Source: Catajapyx aquilonaris (Eukaryota). From it: a DNA stretch of 39,352 bases. Positions 1-10,802 of the stretch are shown here, piece after piece. Every line of letters starts with the position of its first letter. Position 1 is the stretch's first letter. A program made the translations under genes and the position numbers. Under the pieces are notes generated by a model that saw only the letters and a list, made by a program, of their open reading frames with translations, was not told the DNA's origin and made no database searches. The DNA lies in NCBI GenBank assembly GCA_000934665.2, contig KZ538952.1:1-39352 (forward strand). Direction: 5' to 3'.

Positions 1-262
1 AGGGCATTTCCATGGGAATATGAATTGATATATTGTTATTTGATGTTTATGTAAGTTAATTGTTGAGACCCGTGAAGTGAGAAGATTCGGGAATATGCGT
101 GTTGTGGGAGTTAGGTTCATTTTCGGAAGCTGAAACACGCGGCGTTAGATTCCTTGGAAAATGTAACCCCCGATATGCTAATTTAAGGCAGTGTAAGGGC
201 CTTCCCCTGGATTTCTATAAGGGACAAACAAACTGACAAACTTCCTTATTTATAGATATAGA
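1..262 (-). mobile_element. Probable 5' end of a non-autonomous Helitron-like (Lep1/HINE-type) element, running off the window start
   Basis: Minus strand begins TCTATATCTATAAATAAGGAAG followed by a (GTTT)-like tract GTTTGTCAGTTTGTTTGTCCC. A 5'-TC start with TATA-rich sequence and a microsatellite is typical of arthropod non-autonomous Helitrons. The 3' hairpin/CTRR end is not in the window. Confidence 0.4.
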
Positions 263-584
263 GATTCCTGTAATGAAAATGTCAAGTTTGAGAGTGACCG
301 ACGACGTGCTTCTTGAAAATGGAACCAGGGTGTTGATCAATGCGGTGCTGTGAATTTCTCAATTATATAAATTATTTTCAATTAACCCTGTAATGCCCAA
401 GTGGTCAAATTCTGTGAAAAAAATTTGAAAATTGGCAGTGGATCTGGAAAAAAATCCTAGATAAAGGGAAAAATATTTGCAATTTTTTTTGCAACCCTGG
501 CAAAAAAATTCGCATGTGCCACATATGGCACACGGGGCATCAACCGTAGTCCTGAAAAAATGTTTCGTTTAAGGCAAAAAACCT

Positions 585-847
585 CGATGGTATCTCCACC
601 TTATCGTGGTGGTGGGGTTTGCGTTTCTCCCGTGATCCCAAGAGCTATGCCGGCGGTAGCTTCGTCTACTAGTAGGGCCACCCAAGCCGGACAGGTCTTT
701 GGGATAGGAGACAGACTAAGAGGGATGCCAGTCTTTCCTCTCTTCTGTTTCCTCTTCGTTTCTCTCTCCATCTGTCCCACCTTTGCTTCTTCTTGCTTAC
801 AGCCAGATAGCCACAGTTGCTTTGGCTTCTTCCAAATAGACCAAACC
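585..847 (-). repeat. Dispersed repeat: 3' internal segment of a Gypsy-family element (inverted copy at 24330-24588, partial copy at ~3238-3333)
   Basis: Near-identical reverse complement at 24330-24588, with a few substitutions and a 4-nt indel. Its ~95-nt end also matches 3238-3333, directly downstream of the Gypsy integrase stop codon. Confidence 0.85.
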
Positions 848-935
848 GAATCAAACCAAAAATAAAACATGGNNNNNNNNNNNNNNNNNNNNNNNNNNNN
901 NNNNNNCGGTCAGATTTGCATCAAACTTGCACAGT

Positions 936-1354
936 AGGTGTATCACAGGCTGGTTTGTTCCTGATTTGCGTCGGAAGTTGTGGTTATTGCGTCATGTCAA
1001 TCAGAAGCGCGCAACGTGGGTCCCATAAATGAAGGGAACCGTGCATTGGCAATATGGGTACAGGGTAAAGGTAATGCGGGACGAAAAAAAAAGCAAACAT
1101 AAAATAAACCAATAATTGGTCCTGAAGATGATTCGAACACTCTCTGGAGCATTGCGCTGTTGGGTACCTTGTTGTTCACTAGTCAGGTGCCCCTGGAAAC
1201 TGACAGCCCGCTTTCCTAGCTCTTTCCGTTCACTTACCTTACTCTCCTGAACGCACCCATGCGCATCTATTGTCCCTCATAGATAGAAAACGGCAGGCCG
1301 TAGCAGAAAATGGCCCATATTTTACCAGTGAAATTGTAGGCCTGTGATACACCT
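936..1354. mobile_element. MITE-like element with 15-bp terminal inverted repeats
   Basis: AGGTGTATCACAGGC (936-950) and GCCTGTGATACACCT (1340-1354) are a perfect inverted pair. No TSD is visible because the right end abuts the LTR. Superfamily unresolved. Confidence 0.5.
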
Positions 1355-2355
1355 GTGACGCCAGGTTTGGGCACATGCACAGGTAAAGTTAAGGTGACCA
1401 ATGAGTGTCGTATTGTTGGTACAGCTTGCCCCGATTCGGGCTTCCGCTAACCTACTGGCTGGTTAGTGAGAGGGAAGCTCTTACTAGATTGTTGCCAGGT
1501 ACAGGGTTCAGTTCAAGACTGACAGGTTCAGATATCCGAGCGACGCAGTTGCCTGCTGGCCCTGATATTTTTTTTTTTCTTTTTTCTTTTCTTTTCCTTT
1601 TTTTTTTTTTTTTTTTTTTTTTTNTGGAAATACCACCATTTGGGTGGAACCGGTATACTAAGATAGTATTTAGTGTGTTCCAAGGGTAGGTAGGAGGGGA
1701 TGTGCAAAGTGCGTGTGCAATGTCGTTGATGTGCCGTTTTGTGAACTCCCCCGGGTGGCATATGTGAAAGGATCGCCACCCGAAACGAAGCCAGAGACGG
1801 TCTCACTCTGCACGAAAGAAGGTGGGAACCCCGGGTGGGGATTGAACCCGGGACCTTAACTTCCGTGGGCGCACGCGTTACCGCGGCGCCACTCCGTCTC
1901 CCCGCTGGCCCTGATATACTTTACCTAGTCAGTGTATGTACAGGCGACGCAGATGCCTGCTGGCCCTGATATGACGAATGCCTAGTCGGTGGTTGACTTG
2001 TCCCTAACTGAATGTTCTGAAAGGTAAATGAAACAACAATAGTCTTTGGTATGATCGGGTCCTGAACTCGGCTAAGCCGGTCAGCGCCTTTTCTGGAGGT
2101 ATTACCTCACCAGAGGCTGGCGACTGACTGAGCCCCGCAGGCTCAGGATACCTCCTTTTATAGTACTCAAGTTGTTGACAAGTATGCCAATAGAAATATA
2201 CAAACAATTGAACAACATCAACAAACTAATAGAACAAATGAACAATACATAAACAAGAGCAATCAACATGAACGAAACAATTGAATAACATTTAACAAGA
2301 ACAATCAAACATGAACGAAACAATTGAATAACACATAGAAATCCTGGGCATTACA
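1354..2355 (-). mobile_element. 3' LTR of the minus-strand Gypsy element (about 650 bp once the SINE is removed)
   Basis: On the minus strand it starts TGTAATGCCCAGG and ends CCTGGCGTCACA (TG...CA with imperfect inverted termini). It is preceded by a T-run and purine-rich PPT-like sequence (TTTTTTTAAAAAGGAGCAA). It has a TATAAAA box near 2156-2163 and ~40-nt tandem repeats at 2200-2335, and lies ~1 kb downstream of the integrase. Confidence 0.7.
1569..1903 (-). mobile_element. tRNA-derived SINE, full length, with poly(A) tail and 14-bp TSD
   Basis: Minus-strand head GGGGAGACGGAG-TGGCGCCGCGG (A box)...GGTTCAATCCC (B box). A-rich tail appears as the T-run at 1569-1623. Direct repeat GCTGGCCCTGATAT at 1555-1568 and 1904-1917. 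Confidence 0.9.
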
Positions 2356-2610
2356 TTGCTCCTTTTTAAAAAAATTGAAGAGTGGGGGTCTAAATGATAG
2401 ACCGCCACTCCTTCTTACAATAAGAACAATAATGGAACAATAATTACATACAACAACAACAACAACAACATAATAATAATAACAATCTTCCCACAATCCT
2501 GTAGGGAATTATTTACAAAATCTTAACAAAAAAAAACAATTTCTCACAAATTTTTACACAAATCCGGATTTGCACACACAAAACAATACACACACACACA
2601 CACACACAGC

Positions 2611-2935
2611 CTTGTCTTCACTAAGGCGTGGGGACATGAAAATTCAACTTTTCGAAGCGAGTGTAAACTAACCTAAACTAACCTAACCTAACCTAACCTA
2701 CCCTACCATAACTAACCTAGGCTGAGAAAAATTGACTTTTGTGAAACCCTACAACTGAAAATAGTGGGGACATGTCCCCACTAATTTAGGGAAGTCCCCA
2801 CTCTAATAGTACACAGTGTGTCACACACACGTCACACACACTGTGGGGACCGAGAAATGTCCCCACAATGCGGACTAGTCCCCACAGCTTCAGTAGAAAC
2901 ACAGACCTACGTCCCCAGACCTTATTGAAGACATG
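2611..2935. mobile_element. Non-autonomous DNA element embedded in a (CA)n microsatellite
   Basis: Imperfect 25-bp TIRs CTTGTCTTCACTAAGGCGTGGGGAC / GTCCCCAGACCTTATTGAAGACATG (4 mismatches). (CA)n flanks both sides. About 8 GTGGGGAC/GTCCCCAC octamers and an internal (CCTAA)n tract at ~2668-2720. Confidence 0.7.
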
Positions 2936-3346
2936 AACACACACCCACACACACACACAAAATTTAATGTCACTTCTGCATTCTCACCACGACGAAGGGC
3001 TCCCCAACTCGTCATCCAGGTGCAGGTCGACAATGTCTACGTCCTGAGACTCGTCCTCCTGGACGACTTCCAGTTGAGTGTCCTCCTCTACTACGTTGAT
3101 GTCTGAGTCCTGGAACTCCTCCTCCTGGACGACTCCGTCCTTGGCTCCCTCTGGAGTGCCGCTGGCCGGCTGGATGACGACCTGGATTACTCTCCTTGTC
3201 CTTATTCTTTTCTAAGGGAAAAGCTTCCCTTAGCTCTGTCTTCGTTTCTCTCTCCATCTGTCCCACCTTTGCTTCTTCTTACAGCCAGATAGCCATAGTT
3301 GCTTTGGCTTCTTCCGAATAAACCAAACCAAACCCTTAGCTCTGAA

Positions 3347-4310
3347 TTAAGAGTCAAATCCTGTTTGTAGGACATTGGTGTCGGTGTGAGTTGCAGATAG
3401 TATGGAGATGATCCTTCTGCAATTGAACATGGTGACACCATTGTACCGATGAGTAGGGATGACAGTGTTTGGAGTTGGAGAGTGTGGTTGAGATGGGTTT
3501 GGAGATGGGTTGGGAGATGGGTTGGTATCAGGAAAAGGAGATGATGGAAAGTACTTCCTGACTCGGTCTCGGTGTGTCAAGAACGTGTGAGGTTGACCTG
3601 GTTTTTGCAGAACAAAAATAACAGGACCCAGTCTCTTGACCACACGGTATGGACCATCCCAATACTTAAATAGTTTTCGGCTCAACCCTTTTGGACATTG
3701 AGGTTTGTGTAGGAGAACTAAATCTCCCACTTTTACATTCTTGGGACGGAACCCACGGTCATGGTATTTTTTAAAGTTTGATGAACACCTGGTGTAATCG
3801 TTCCTTGACTAAGTCATAAATGGACTGTAGTTTTGATGTCAAATTTTCTTTGAATGAGTGTATGGAAGTGCTGGACTGGTTGCGTTTGAAGATGTCATCG
3901 AAAGGAAATATAATATCCCTTCCGTGGACTAGATAGAAAGGTGTTTCTCCCGTAGACTCTTGAATGGCACCTCTATATGCCATTAGAACGACAGGAATAT
4001 CAGTATCCCAGTTCAACCGATTTTTATCAACATAGTGGCTTAACATATCCACTACAGTTTTATTGAAGCGTTCTACAAGACCGTTGGCTGAAGGGTGGTA
4101 AGGTGTGCATTGAAGTGCTTGTACGCCTAATAGGTTGTAGATTTCAGCCATCATTTTATACGTAAAATTTTTTCCTCTGTCGGTAAGAATTTCCGTAGGT
4201 ACACCATGTGTGGCGATTACCCGATAGACAAGTACTTGCGCAACTGTCTCTGCCTTTTGGTCTGGCAGTGGAAAAGCCTCCGGATATTTTGAGAAGTAGT
4301 CAGTAACACC
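3347..4310 (-). pseudogene. Gypsy/Ty3 integrase (rve DDE core + GPY/F C-terminal module), frameshifted, 5'-truncated
   Basis: Translation shows VTDYFSKYPEAFPL, ILTDRGKNF, TPYHPSANGLVERFNKT and TGETPFYLVHGR. After a frameshift near 3790 it reads KKYHDRGFRPKNVKVGDLVLL...KLFKYWDGPYRV. Confidence 0.95.
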
Positions 4311-4322
4311 CCCGACTAAGTT

Positions 4323-4646
4323 CTCACATTTGTCCAGGACAACGCTGGGATCCACCGGGCGAGGTACACGTACACCAGTGCCTTCCTGGAGGAGCAGAGT
4401 AAGATTTCTCGGCTGCAGTAGCCTGCCTACTCCCCTGACCTCAACCCCATCGAAAATGTATGGGGTATGATGGTCAGGGAGTGGGACAACAGGAGTGAAC
4501 GACGGGACGATCTTCTCCGGGCTCACTGCACCCAGGTGTTGGAGTCAGTGGCCAACCGCCCGTGGATCCCGGGCAGCATCGTGTCAAGCATGCATCAAAG
4601 GCTGGCCGATGTCATTAAGAGCAGAGGAGGCCACACTAAATACTGA
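4323..4646 (+). pseudogene. Tc1-family (IS630-Tc1-mariner) transposase C-terminal fragment
   Basis: Reads LTFVQDNAGIHRAR...LQ*PAYSPDLNPIENVWGMM...SSMHQRLADVIKSRGGHTKY*. The QDNAxxH, WPxxSPDLNPIE (W->stop) and GGxTKY motifs are all present. Confidence 0.93.
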
Positions 4647-5502
4647 CTGAAAGTTCCTTGTTTTCGTTCTTTGATGTTCTGTGTTTTCGTTCGTTGATGT
4701 TCCGTGCTTTTTAAATTTTTCGTTGGTGTTCCCAGTCAAGTTCCCAGTGTTGTTTCCTTTTTCATTGATTACCAATATGGATGATTTGTTTCAAAATACC
4801 GTAACAAGCAGACCGCTGAGCCGCATCGAGCCGTGGTGCCTTGCGATGGTTACGCACGGATTTTTGGGCAGCGTGCCGTCCAAGTGCGTTTACCAGAAAC
4901 TGCAACATAGTCATCCCCGACAGCCGTCGATATCCATTCGAATGTACAGAACCGTACGCGAATATAGGGATTGACTTCGCCGAATCCATTCTTGTATGTT
5001 AACTGTTGTGTAAATGTGTGTGTAAACACCCCAGTGGAGAACGCTGCGTCCAAACGTATGTGTTCGTGAACTGCTCTAACCGTGTTTGAGGTGGCATGCT
5101 CAAACGGCCCCCCTTTTTTTCAGAGCGTATAAAATGTTTGGGGTGGATATGCTTTTAATCAGTTGTTTGGCGTGAGTGTGTGCCCTCACAGACTCTCTCC
5201 CGTGAACTGCATCCAAGTGGCGATATGGCTGCATTCCACGCTGCCGCATCGAATTGTGGATGGAAGACCGGAGAAACAGTACCTTTTCCATTTTTGGGAG
5301 ACCAATACAAGGCAGCAGTGGCTGGCTTGGCATGTATCTCCACCGTTATAGCGACGGTGGTGGACGAACTTCCGTTGGCCCTCCGACCCATCATTCAACC
5401 GGTAGGAACGACCCTGATAGCCACTACTGAAGGACGCATCCTGCAACCCCCTCGGACGGATCACGCTGCCCGTGGGTATATGGCTGGGTATGTGTTTCAA
5501 AA

Positions 5503-5814
5503 AGCCTTCTACATCGTGCCAGCGTACAGTGTCGCCTTGATGTCTACAAGGTCCTTTTTGGAACAAGAGGTGCAGCGCTATCAGGGGGTTGGCGTGTGCT
5601 AACTGAGGAGGACTTTGCAGGACTTGGACTACCCAAGAACTGGGCCGTAGCCTACAACAGTCTAGGAGGTGGCATTAGGTTATCATTTCCAGTGAGAATG
5701 AAGTGTGGACTTCGATTGGGAAAAAAGGTGTTCAAGAAGGACGGGAACGGAGTGATTATCGACAGTTATTATTCATATCCTCATGAATACATGTACGCAT
5801 TTTTGGTGATTTGA
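5503..5814 (+). pseudogene. Coding-like remnant of an unidentified protein, possibly a transposon C-terminus
   Basis: Stop-free frame SLLHRASVQCRLDVYKVLFGTRG...GWRVLTEEDFAGLGLPKNWAVAYNSLGGGIRLSFPVRMK... has globular-protein character and runs into the long palindrome. Family not identified. Confidence 0.35.
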
Positions 5815-6117
5815 CTTTTTTCAACATTTAAAACCAAATATTCCTCGGCTTTAAAATATATGAATTCTTCTTAGTCTAACAAACTGTCAGGGACCCCCAT
5901 AGTATGGAAAAAGACTACGATTTCCATAAGCAACCCATGTACGCGTACGCGTACAAAAAAAAATACACGCGTACATGGGTTGCTTATGGAAATCGTAGTC
6001 TTTTTCCATACTATGGGGGTCCCTGACCGCTTGTTAGACTAAGAAGAATTCATGTATTTTAAAGCCGAGGAATATTTGGTTTTAAATGTTGAAAAAAGTC
6101 AAATCACCAAAAATGCG
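5796..6117. repeat. Long palindrome: 151-bp arms (3 mismatches), 20-bp spacer
   Basis: 5796-5946 is the reverse complement of 5967-6117. More diverged copies of the same unit appear to continue to ~6400, like DNA-transposon subterminal repeats. Confidence 0.95.
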
Positions 6118-7560
6118 AAAAAACGCGATTTTACCCAAGATTAGGCTTTTGCACACGCGTTCTAGGGTTGCATAGGAAAGTTCTACTATTATTCCTTGAT
6201 TGTAGGGTCTCTAAAGAGCCCATTACGCTACACATTTTTTTTTTTAAAGTCCATACACTGTTCCCCAAAAATTGACGAAAATGTACCAAAAAACGGAATT
6301 TTTTCCATAAAAAGGACCCTGGAAAACCTACAGTTTCTATAAAAGATTGACTTTAAACACCATAGTGGCTTCAGACTAGACCCAGGTAACACCTAATGCC
6401 AGCAAAAACTTAGGTTCCATGTCTCTTGCCCCACGTTGTTGTGCATTGGACATGTGTCGTAGTCGTGTCGCACTACGTGGTTGCCTTATGGACTGTGTGT
6501 ACTATTGTCACACTAAGTCATTTGACCCAGTGTTCGCCTCGCATTGGGGAAATCGGTGGTTCACCGTGCAATCCTAACACATGAAAGAACCCCACGGCTG
6601 TATTATCCTGATATGCAACATTAGTGAGTCTTATCGTCTCACTTTCCTAACCCATGTGTGTCCTAAACCCCGTTCACACATACCCTTCCCTTCGTCAAGT
6701 GGAGTATGTGCATACCCAGCACTTCCCACACCTTTTAAGCTTTCCCCCTTTAATCTTATTCCCAATTGGATTTTGCCGAACAAGCGAATCCTCTTCTGGT
6801 CCTGCACTATTGTTGTTTTGACCTAAGTCGAGCTTTACGGCTCTAACCTATCCTATCCTGTCCGTCTCCTGGTGGTGCAATCTTACATAAACCGAAGAAA
6901 GAGGACATCGATGACCCCGTACAACTGGGAGGACAAATAGTCTCCCACCGGAACCGAGAGGATCCTGTACGAGGGCCATACTGATGGCTGTGCTCAACCC
7001 CGCTACAACCATCAACCCTACGATGGAGAAAATATGGAGGAAAGGTGTACCAATACCACTGGAACGACTGACTCCATTGGACCAACAGCCCGCTGTGACG
7101 ACGGGCCGTGCTGGTACCTGGAGGTACTAAACAAGAAAAAAAGGGGATGGAGGCATTAAGAAAAATGGCGTTAGATGGGAAAATGTTCGTACGTGAGTGT
7201 ACCGGTGTATCCAAGTGAAAAAAAAATCGGATTAGTTACCGGAGTTGATTTTTTTGGACCTCCCCTGAACTGTACTCTGAACTGTACTCTCCCGTGAAGT
7301 GGGACTTGCTAAGTGTGCAGTTCAACGCCCGCGTTGAGGTAGGGCCTCAAGACGTGGAAAAGTGAATGGACTCCCCATATGATGGAACCATTCGACAAGG
7401 GAGATGCTTTCCCATCGGGGAATAGGGTCCCAAATTACCCACCCTATAAAAATGTGTTGTGTGTGTGCTGTATAATCACTCGCTCGTTTGACTCCTGACT
7501 AGAAAGAGATCCAACTGCTTTTGGGGCAGCATCCAAGAACGTTCCGTTACAACCCGGAAT

Positions 7561-8022
7561 ATGGCCAGCGGCATCCTGAATACAACCACGATGCTGATGA
7601 TGACTGCAGGCACGCTGCCGATAGCCGTCTACGAGAAGGTGTGGATAGGACAAATCAGTCCCGGGGCGATCCTATCAACAGTGTCAAACAGCGTCATCCA
7701 GGCCATCCCAGAGTGGCTCCAACCAACTATACTGCCGTTTGGTGACGCCGTGTTGGTGTCGTCAGAGAACCACGCGATTCACCCCATTGGGAGGACTGAA
7801 TTGCCCATTCGTCTGGCTGGTGCCGTTTTCCAGACGCCTTTTGCAGTACTACAAGAAGCCGCGCTGCCAATTGTACTGGGGCTGGATTTCATGTGTAGCT
7901 GGGATCTACATATCGACCCCACTCGTCAATTGCTGACGGGGGTGATGCCTGTCGCTGACGGATCCACCGGCGAGTTACGACATTTTGCCACATCGTTCCG
8001 CATGTTCGACAAAACCCGGTAG
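7561..8022 (+). CDS. Retropepsin (retroviral aspartyl protease)-like ORF, 153 aa, catalytic Asp replaced (ISPGA), inside an LTR element
   Basis: Intact ATG...TAG frame with the LPIVLGLDF C-terminal retropepsin motif and PIGRTEL. Aligns without gaps (31/97 identities, counted by hand) to the DSG-bearing protease at 17421-17958. No RT follows. Confidence 0.75.
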   Translation: MASGILNTTTMLMMTAGTLPIAVYEKVWIGQISPGAILSTVSNSVIQAIPEWLQPTILPFGDAVLVSSENHAIHPIGRTELPIRLAGAVFQTPFAVLQEAALPIVLGLDFMCSWDLHIDPTRQLLTGVMPVADGSTGELRHFATSFRMFDKTR

Positions 8023-8457
8023 AACCCCTGCAGCCCGTTGCTTCTAGTCGCTGACGGACCACCATCTAGCCCCGGAGAGGACGTGTCACCGAGGCCATCC
8101 CCAGTCTACAGTCCTGCCGCCGATGAGATGCAGCCGCCTTTAGCATCGGAGAACAGCCCCGACATTGACCTCACGCTGCCCGAAGACACCTACTCATCGG
8201 CCTTTCTGGAAGAAGATGAACGGCCCTAAGTGAACCTGGACAACATGTTATCTTCAGGGGAAGTGATTGACGACCTGGTGAAAGTGACTTTGTGTTCGTA
8301 TAAACCACTGGCCCCATTTTCTTACGGTTTGACAAGATAAGAGAGAACTGCTTTTTGAGTTGAGCCAGTAGTTTCTTTGGATATTGTTTAAAATGCGAGC
8401 CCAAGTGAACCGGCCGTCGGAGAACTATACCGGGTCGGGTCCATTGGGATGGTTGGG

Positions 8458-8890
8458 TGTTAAATGTATATATTTATGCCTTCCTTATCCTTGTCGCTGT
8501 TAGCGATATCTGAGCATAGGGGTGCGTGACCTTGCAAAATTTGGTCAGATAACTGTGCAGGTCTTATCCCCTATCCATCTAACCTGACTTTTTCTGTTTG
8601 ACTCGGAAGAGCAAGTACATGCTGCGACGTCATATTACCTCCTGTTGTACATACCCACAATGCATCAAACTTTCCTATATAAGCCGTCTCCTTGGATCCA
8701 ATCGAGGCCTTTGGTGGTGCTCACCTGCCGCCACTGGCCATGCCTCTTTTCCCGTCTACATTTCCTCCTCCATCTGAACAACCCTTATTACCTCCCAATC
8801 AACCGCTCACCCTGTTTGTAAAATGGCAGTGACATTAAATGGAAATCCTGAGTTGAACCCTAGTCTACTTGCTTGGTACAATCCTCAACA
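8458..8890 (+). mobile_element. 3' LTR of protease-bearing element A
   Basis: G-rich PPT-like GGGATGGTTGGG lies immediately before TGTTAA. The element ends CCTCAACA. It has an internal CCTATATAAGCCG (TATA) and an ATTAAA polyA-like signal, and shares the CCTATATAAnCCG...GAGGCCTTT core with the LTR at 15734-16115. Confidence 0.7.
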
Positions 8891-8931
8891 GTAGTTGTGA
8901 CCTAACTACGAAGGTCTCAATAGCATTACCC

Positions 8932-9070
8932 ATCGGACGACAGGTGGGCGAAAGCGTTCGTCAACGGTATTTTGTGTATGATGAGGCGGCACACATCGAC
9001 CTGCACAGTCGAAGTACAGAAACTGGGGAAGAAGGAAAAATGTGGCGTGGTTATGAAGGTGAGGCATGTA
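8932..9070 (+). pseudogene. BED zinc-finger-like N-terminal fragment of a hAT transposase
   Basis: Reads IGRQVGESVRQRYFVYDEAA..(frameshift)..TCTVEVQKLGKKEKCGVVMKVRH. Similar to GRPPLEFIRKYFVYHPHTNKSTGCIANCG at ~14740. Confidence 0.5.
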
Positions 9071-9718
9071 CTATCGGAAGAAAAGATCCGGACGAAATGT
9101 AATGGATCCGCACTTCACAGCCATCCGGATATTTTTACGATATAGTACAGTAACAGACGTTTCATATGCCTGGGCATTGCTTATAGTTCAAGCACATTAA
9201 TTTGAGTACATTGAAAAGTATTTCCCAATCCTTGTAATGAAAGAGCCGACATTTCAGTCACCTTCTCTAGCTATGACCATATCTATAACATGCTACTGGA
9301 ACAGGACGACAGCGATAGCGACAGCTGTTTCTTAAGTAATATTGAGAAGGTTCTTTTGCCATCTCCAGTGACGACGACGGGGGCCGTCAGTAACATTCAT
9401 AAGCATTAATATTGCGCGACTGATTCATGCCACACGAGCCACATTTCAGTTATCAACCCAAGAGTACTCCTAAGGCCCAAAGCATTTATCTTCTTTTACT
9501 ACACGTTTCCTGAACGACAGTAACTTATGCAATATTGGTACGTGTACAGGGCTTTTGTTACCAGTCTAAGTTGGTTATTTGTCATATGTCCATAACAACA
9601 TATAAATTCTACTATTATTCTATAGTGCTATGGGTACCATAGTAGTCACTATGACTACTAAGTGTTTGTTGCGCTAGGATCATAAACAAACCAGTCAGTC
9701 CCAAATTAGAATTCTAGA

Positions 9719-10501
9719 ATGGGGAAGAAAAGTAAGTCGAGGCAGAGAGGGGGGCAGCGGAAAAGGCTAGCTCAACTGCCCGATGCTTCTCCGGTGCTTT
9801 CATCTCCACCATCACCTCCCAACCTATCACCAGGTCAACCTCTAGCCATAAATAAGTTGTGGAAGAAGAAGGTGGGAGTTCACCTATTCAACGACTGGAC
9901 CGACGAGGGTGAAGCACACCAGGGTCCTTACTCGCCACCGATGAGGAAGAAATTTAGGTCACTCTTTGGGCCATCCTCCAGTGATGAAGATGAAGAGAGG
10001 CCCAAGGATGTTCTATTCGAACTGTTTGGCGAATGGTCGGAGAGTGAAGAAGAACTAAATGGAGGTGAAGAAGAAGAGGATAGAGAAGAACAAAATAGAG
10101 CTGAAGAAGAAGAGGACAAAGAATAACAAAATAGAGCTGAAGAAGAAGAGGACGAAGAAGAACAAAATGACGAAGAAGAAAAGCAAGAAGAAGAAGACAC
10201 CAGTGCTCAACCAGATGATAATGTGAGTATGGATTCATCCTACTACGAACCATGGACACCACCGCCAATGACAGGAGCCCAGAAACGGAAGTTCTATGGT
10301 GACCTTGGATACGACAGCCAGGTAGCACAAATTGAGTACTACAAGCCTACACCTCACAACATCGAGCCTGTAGATGTCTCAAGCAACCGGTACGTCGACT
10401 TTGTACGAGGACAGTTACCTTGGCCGTGTAAGGATGACCATACGGGAGCAGAGAATGATGAGCGGACAGCAGAAGGGAGACCAGAGAAGATAGACCGTTA
10501 G
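9719..10501 (+). other. Low-complexity ORF region (basic N-terminus, acidic E/D-rich repeats), interrupted by stops; probably a TE accessory region
   Basis: MGKKSKSRQRGGQRKR...LFGEWSESEEELNGGEEEEDREEQNRAEEEEDKE*. Contains a duplicated ACAAAATAGAGCTGAAGAAGAAGAGGAC unit. No recognisable domain. Confidence 0.3.
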
Positions 10502-10664
10502 CAGAGAGATGCAGAAGAAGAGGTTCGAGAAAAGAAAAAAAGAAGCTGTTCACCCGTGTAGGGTCAACACTTTTTTTTAGAAGAAGGAAGTAATTGTAAT
10601 GCACATATTCATGTTGATAATGTAAAAGTCTTGCGTCATTGTTGATGTATTGATTATTCTAGGT

Positions 10665-10766
10665 GTTTACAGTAACGTGGGGCAACACAGGGGTCTTTCG
10701 TTGTTTGTTTAACTTTCCTTACTTATCGTTGCTCAGACCCCTGTGTTGCCCCACGTTACTGTAAAC
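10665..10766. repeat. Perfect 32-bp inverted repeat, 38-nt loop
   Basis: GTTTACAGTAACGTGGGGCAACACAGGGGTCT (10665-10696) and its exact reverse complement at 10735-10766. Confidence 0.95.
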
Positions 10767-10802
10767 GAACCGAGGTTTCAATAAAAGAGACCGTGCAGCG
10801 AC

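Noticed and set aside
382..548. piggyBac-type MITE (TTAA-CCCTGTAATGCCC...GTGCCACATATGGCAC...GGGCAT)
   Set aside because: The right TIR and TTAA are too degraded to support a call.
1121..1145. Penelope-type minimal hammerhead ribozyme (CTGAAGA core)
   Set aside because: No stem II followed by GAAA. The other CTGANGA hits I checked (5603, 7593, 26500, 31678) also lack the partner motif.
1820..1903. Functional tRNA gene
   Set aside because: It is the head of a SINE with body, poly(A) tail and TSD, and the cloverleaf arms are imperfect.
2668..2720. True telomere or interstitial telomeric array
   Set aside because: Short and degenerate, and internal to a TIR-bounded element.
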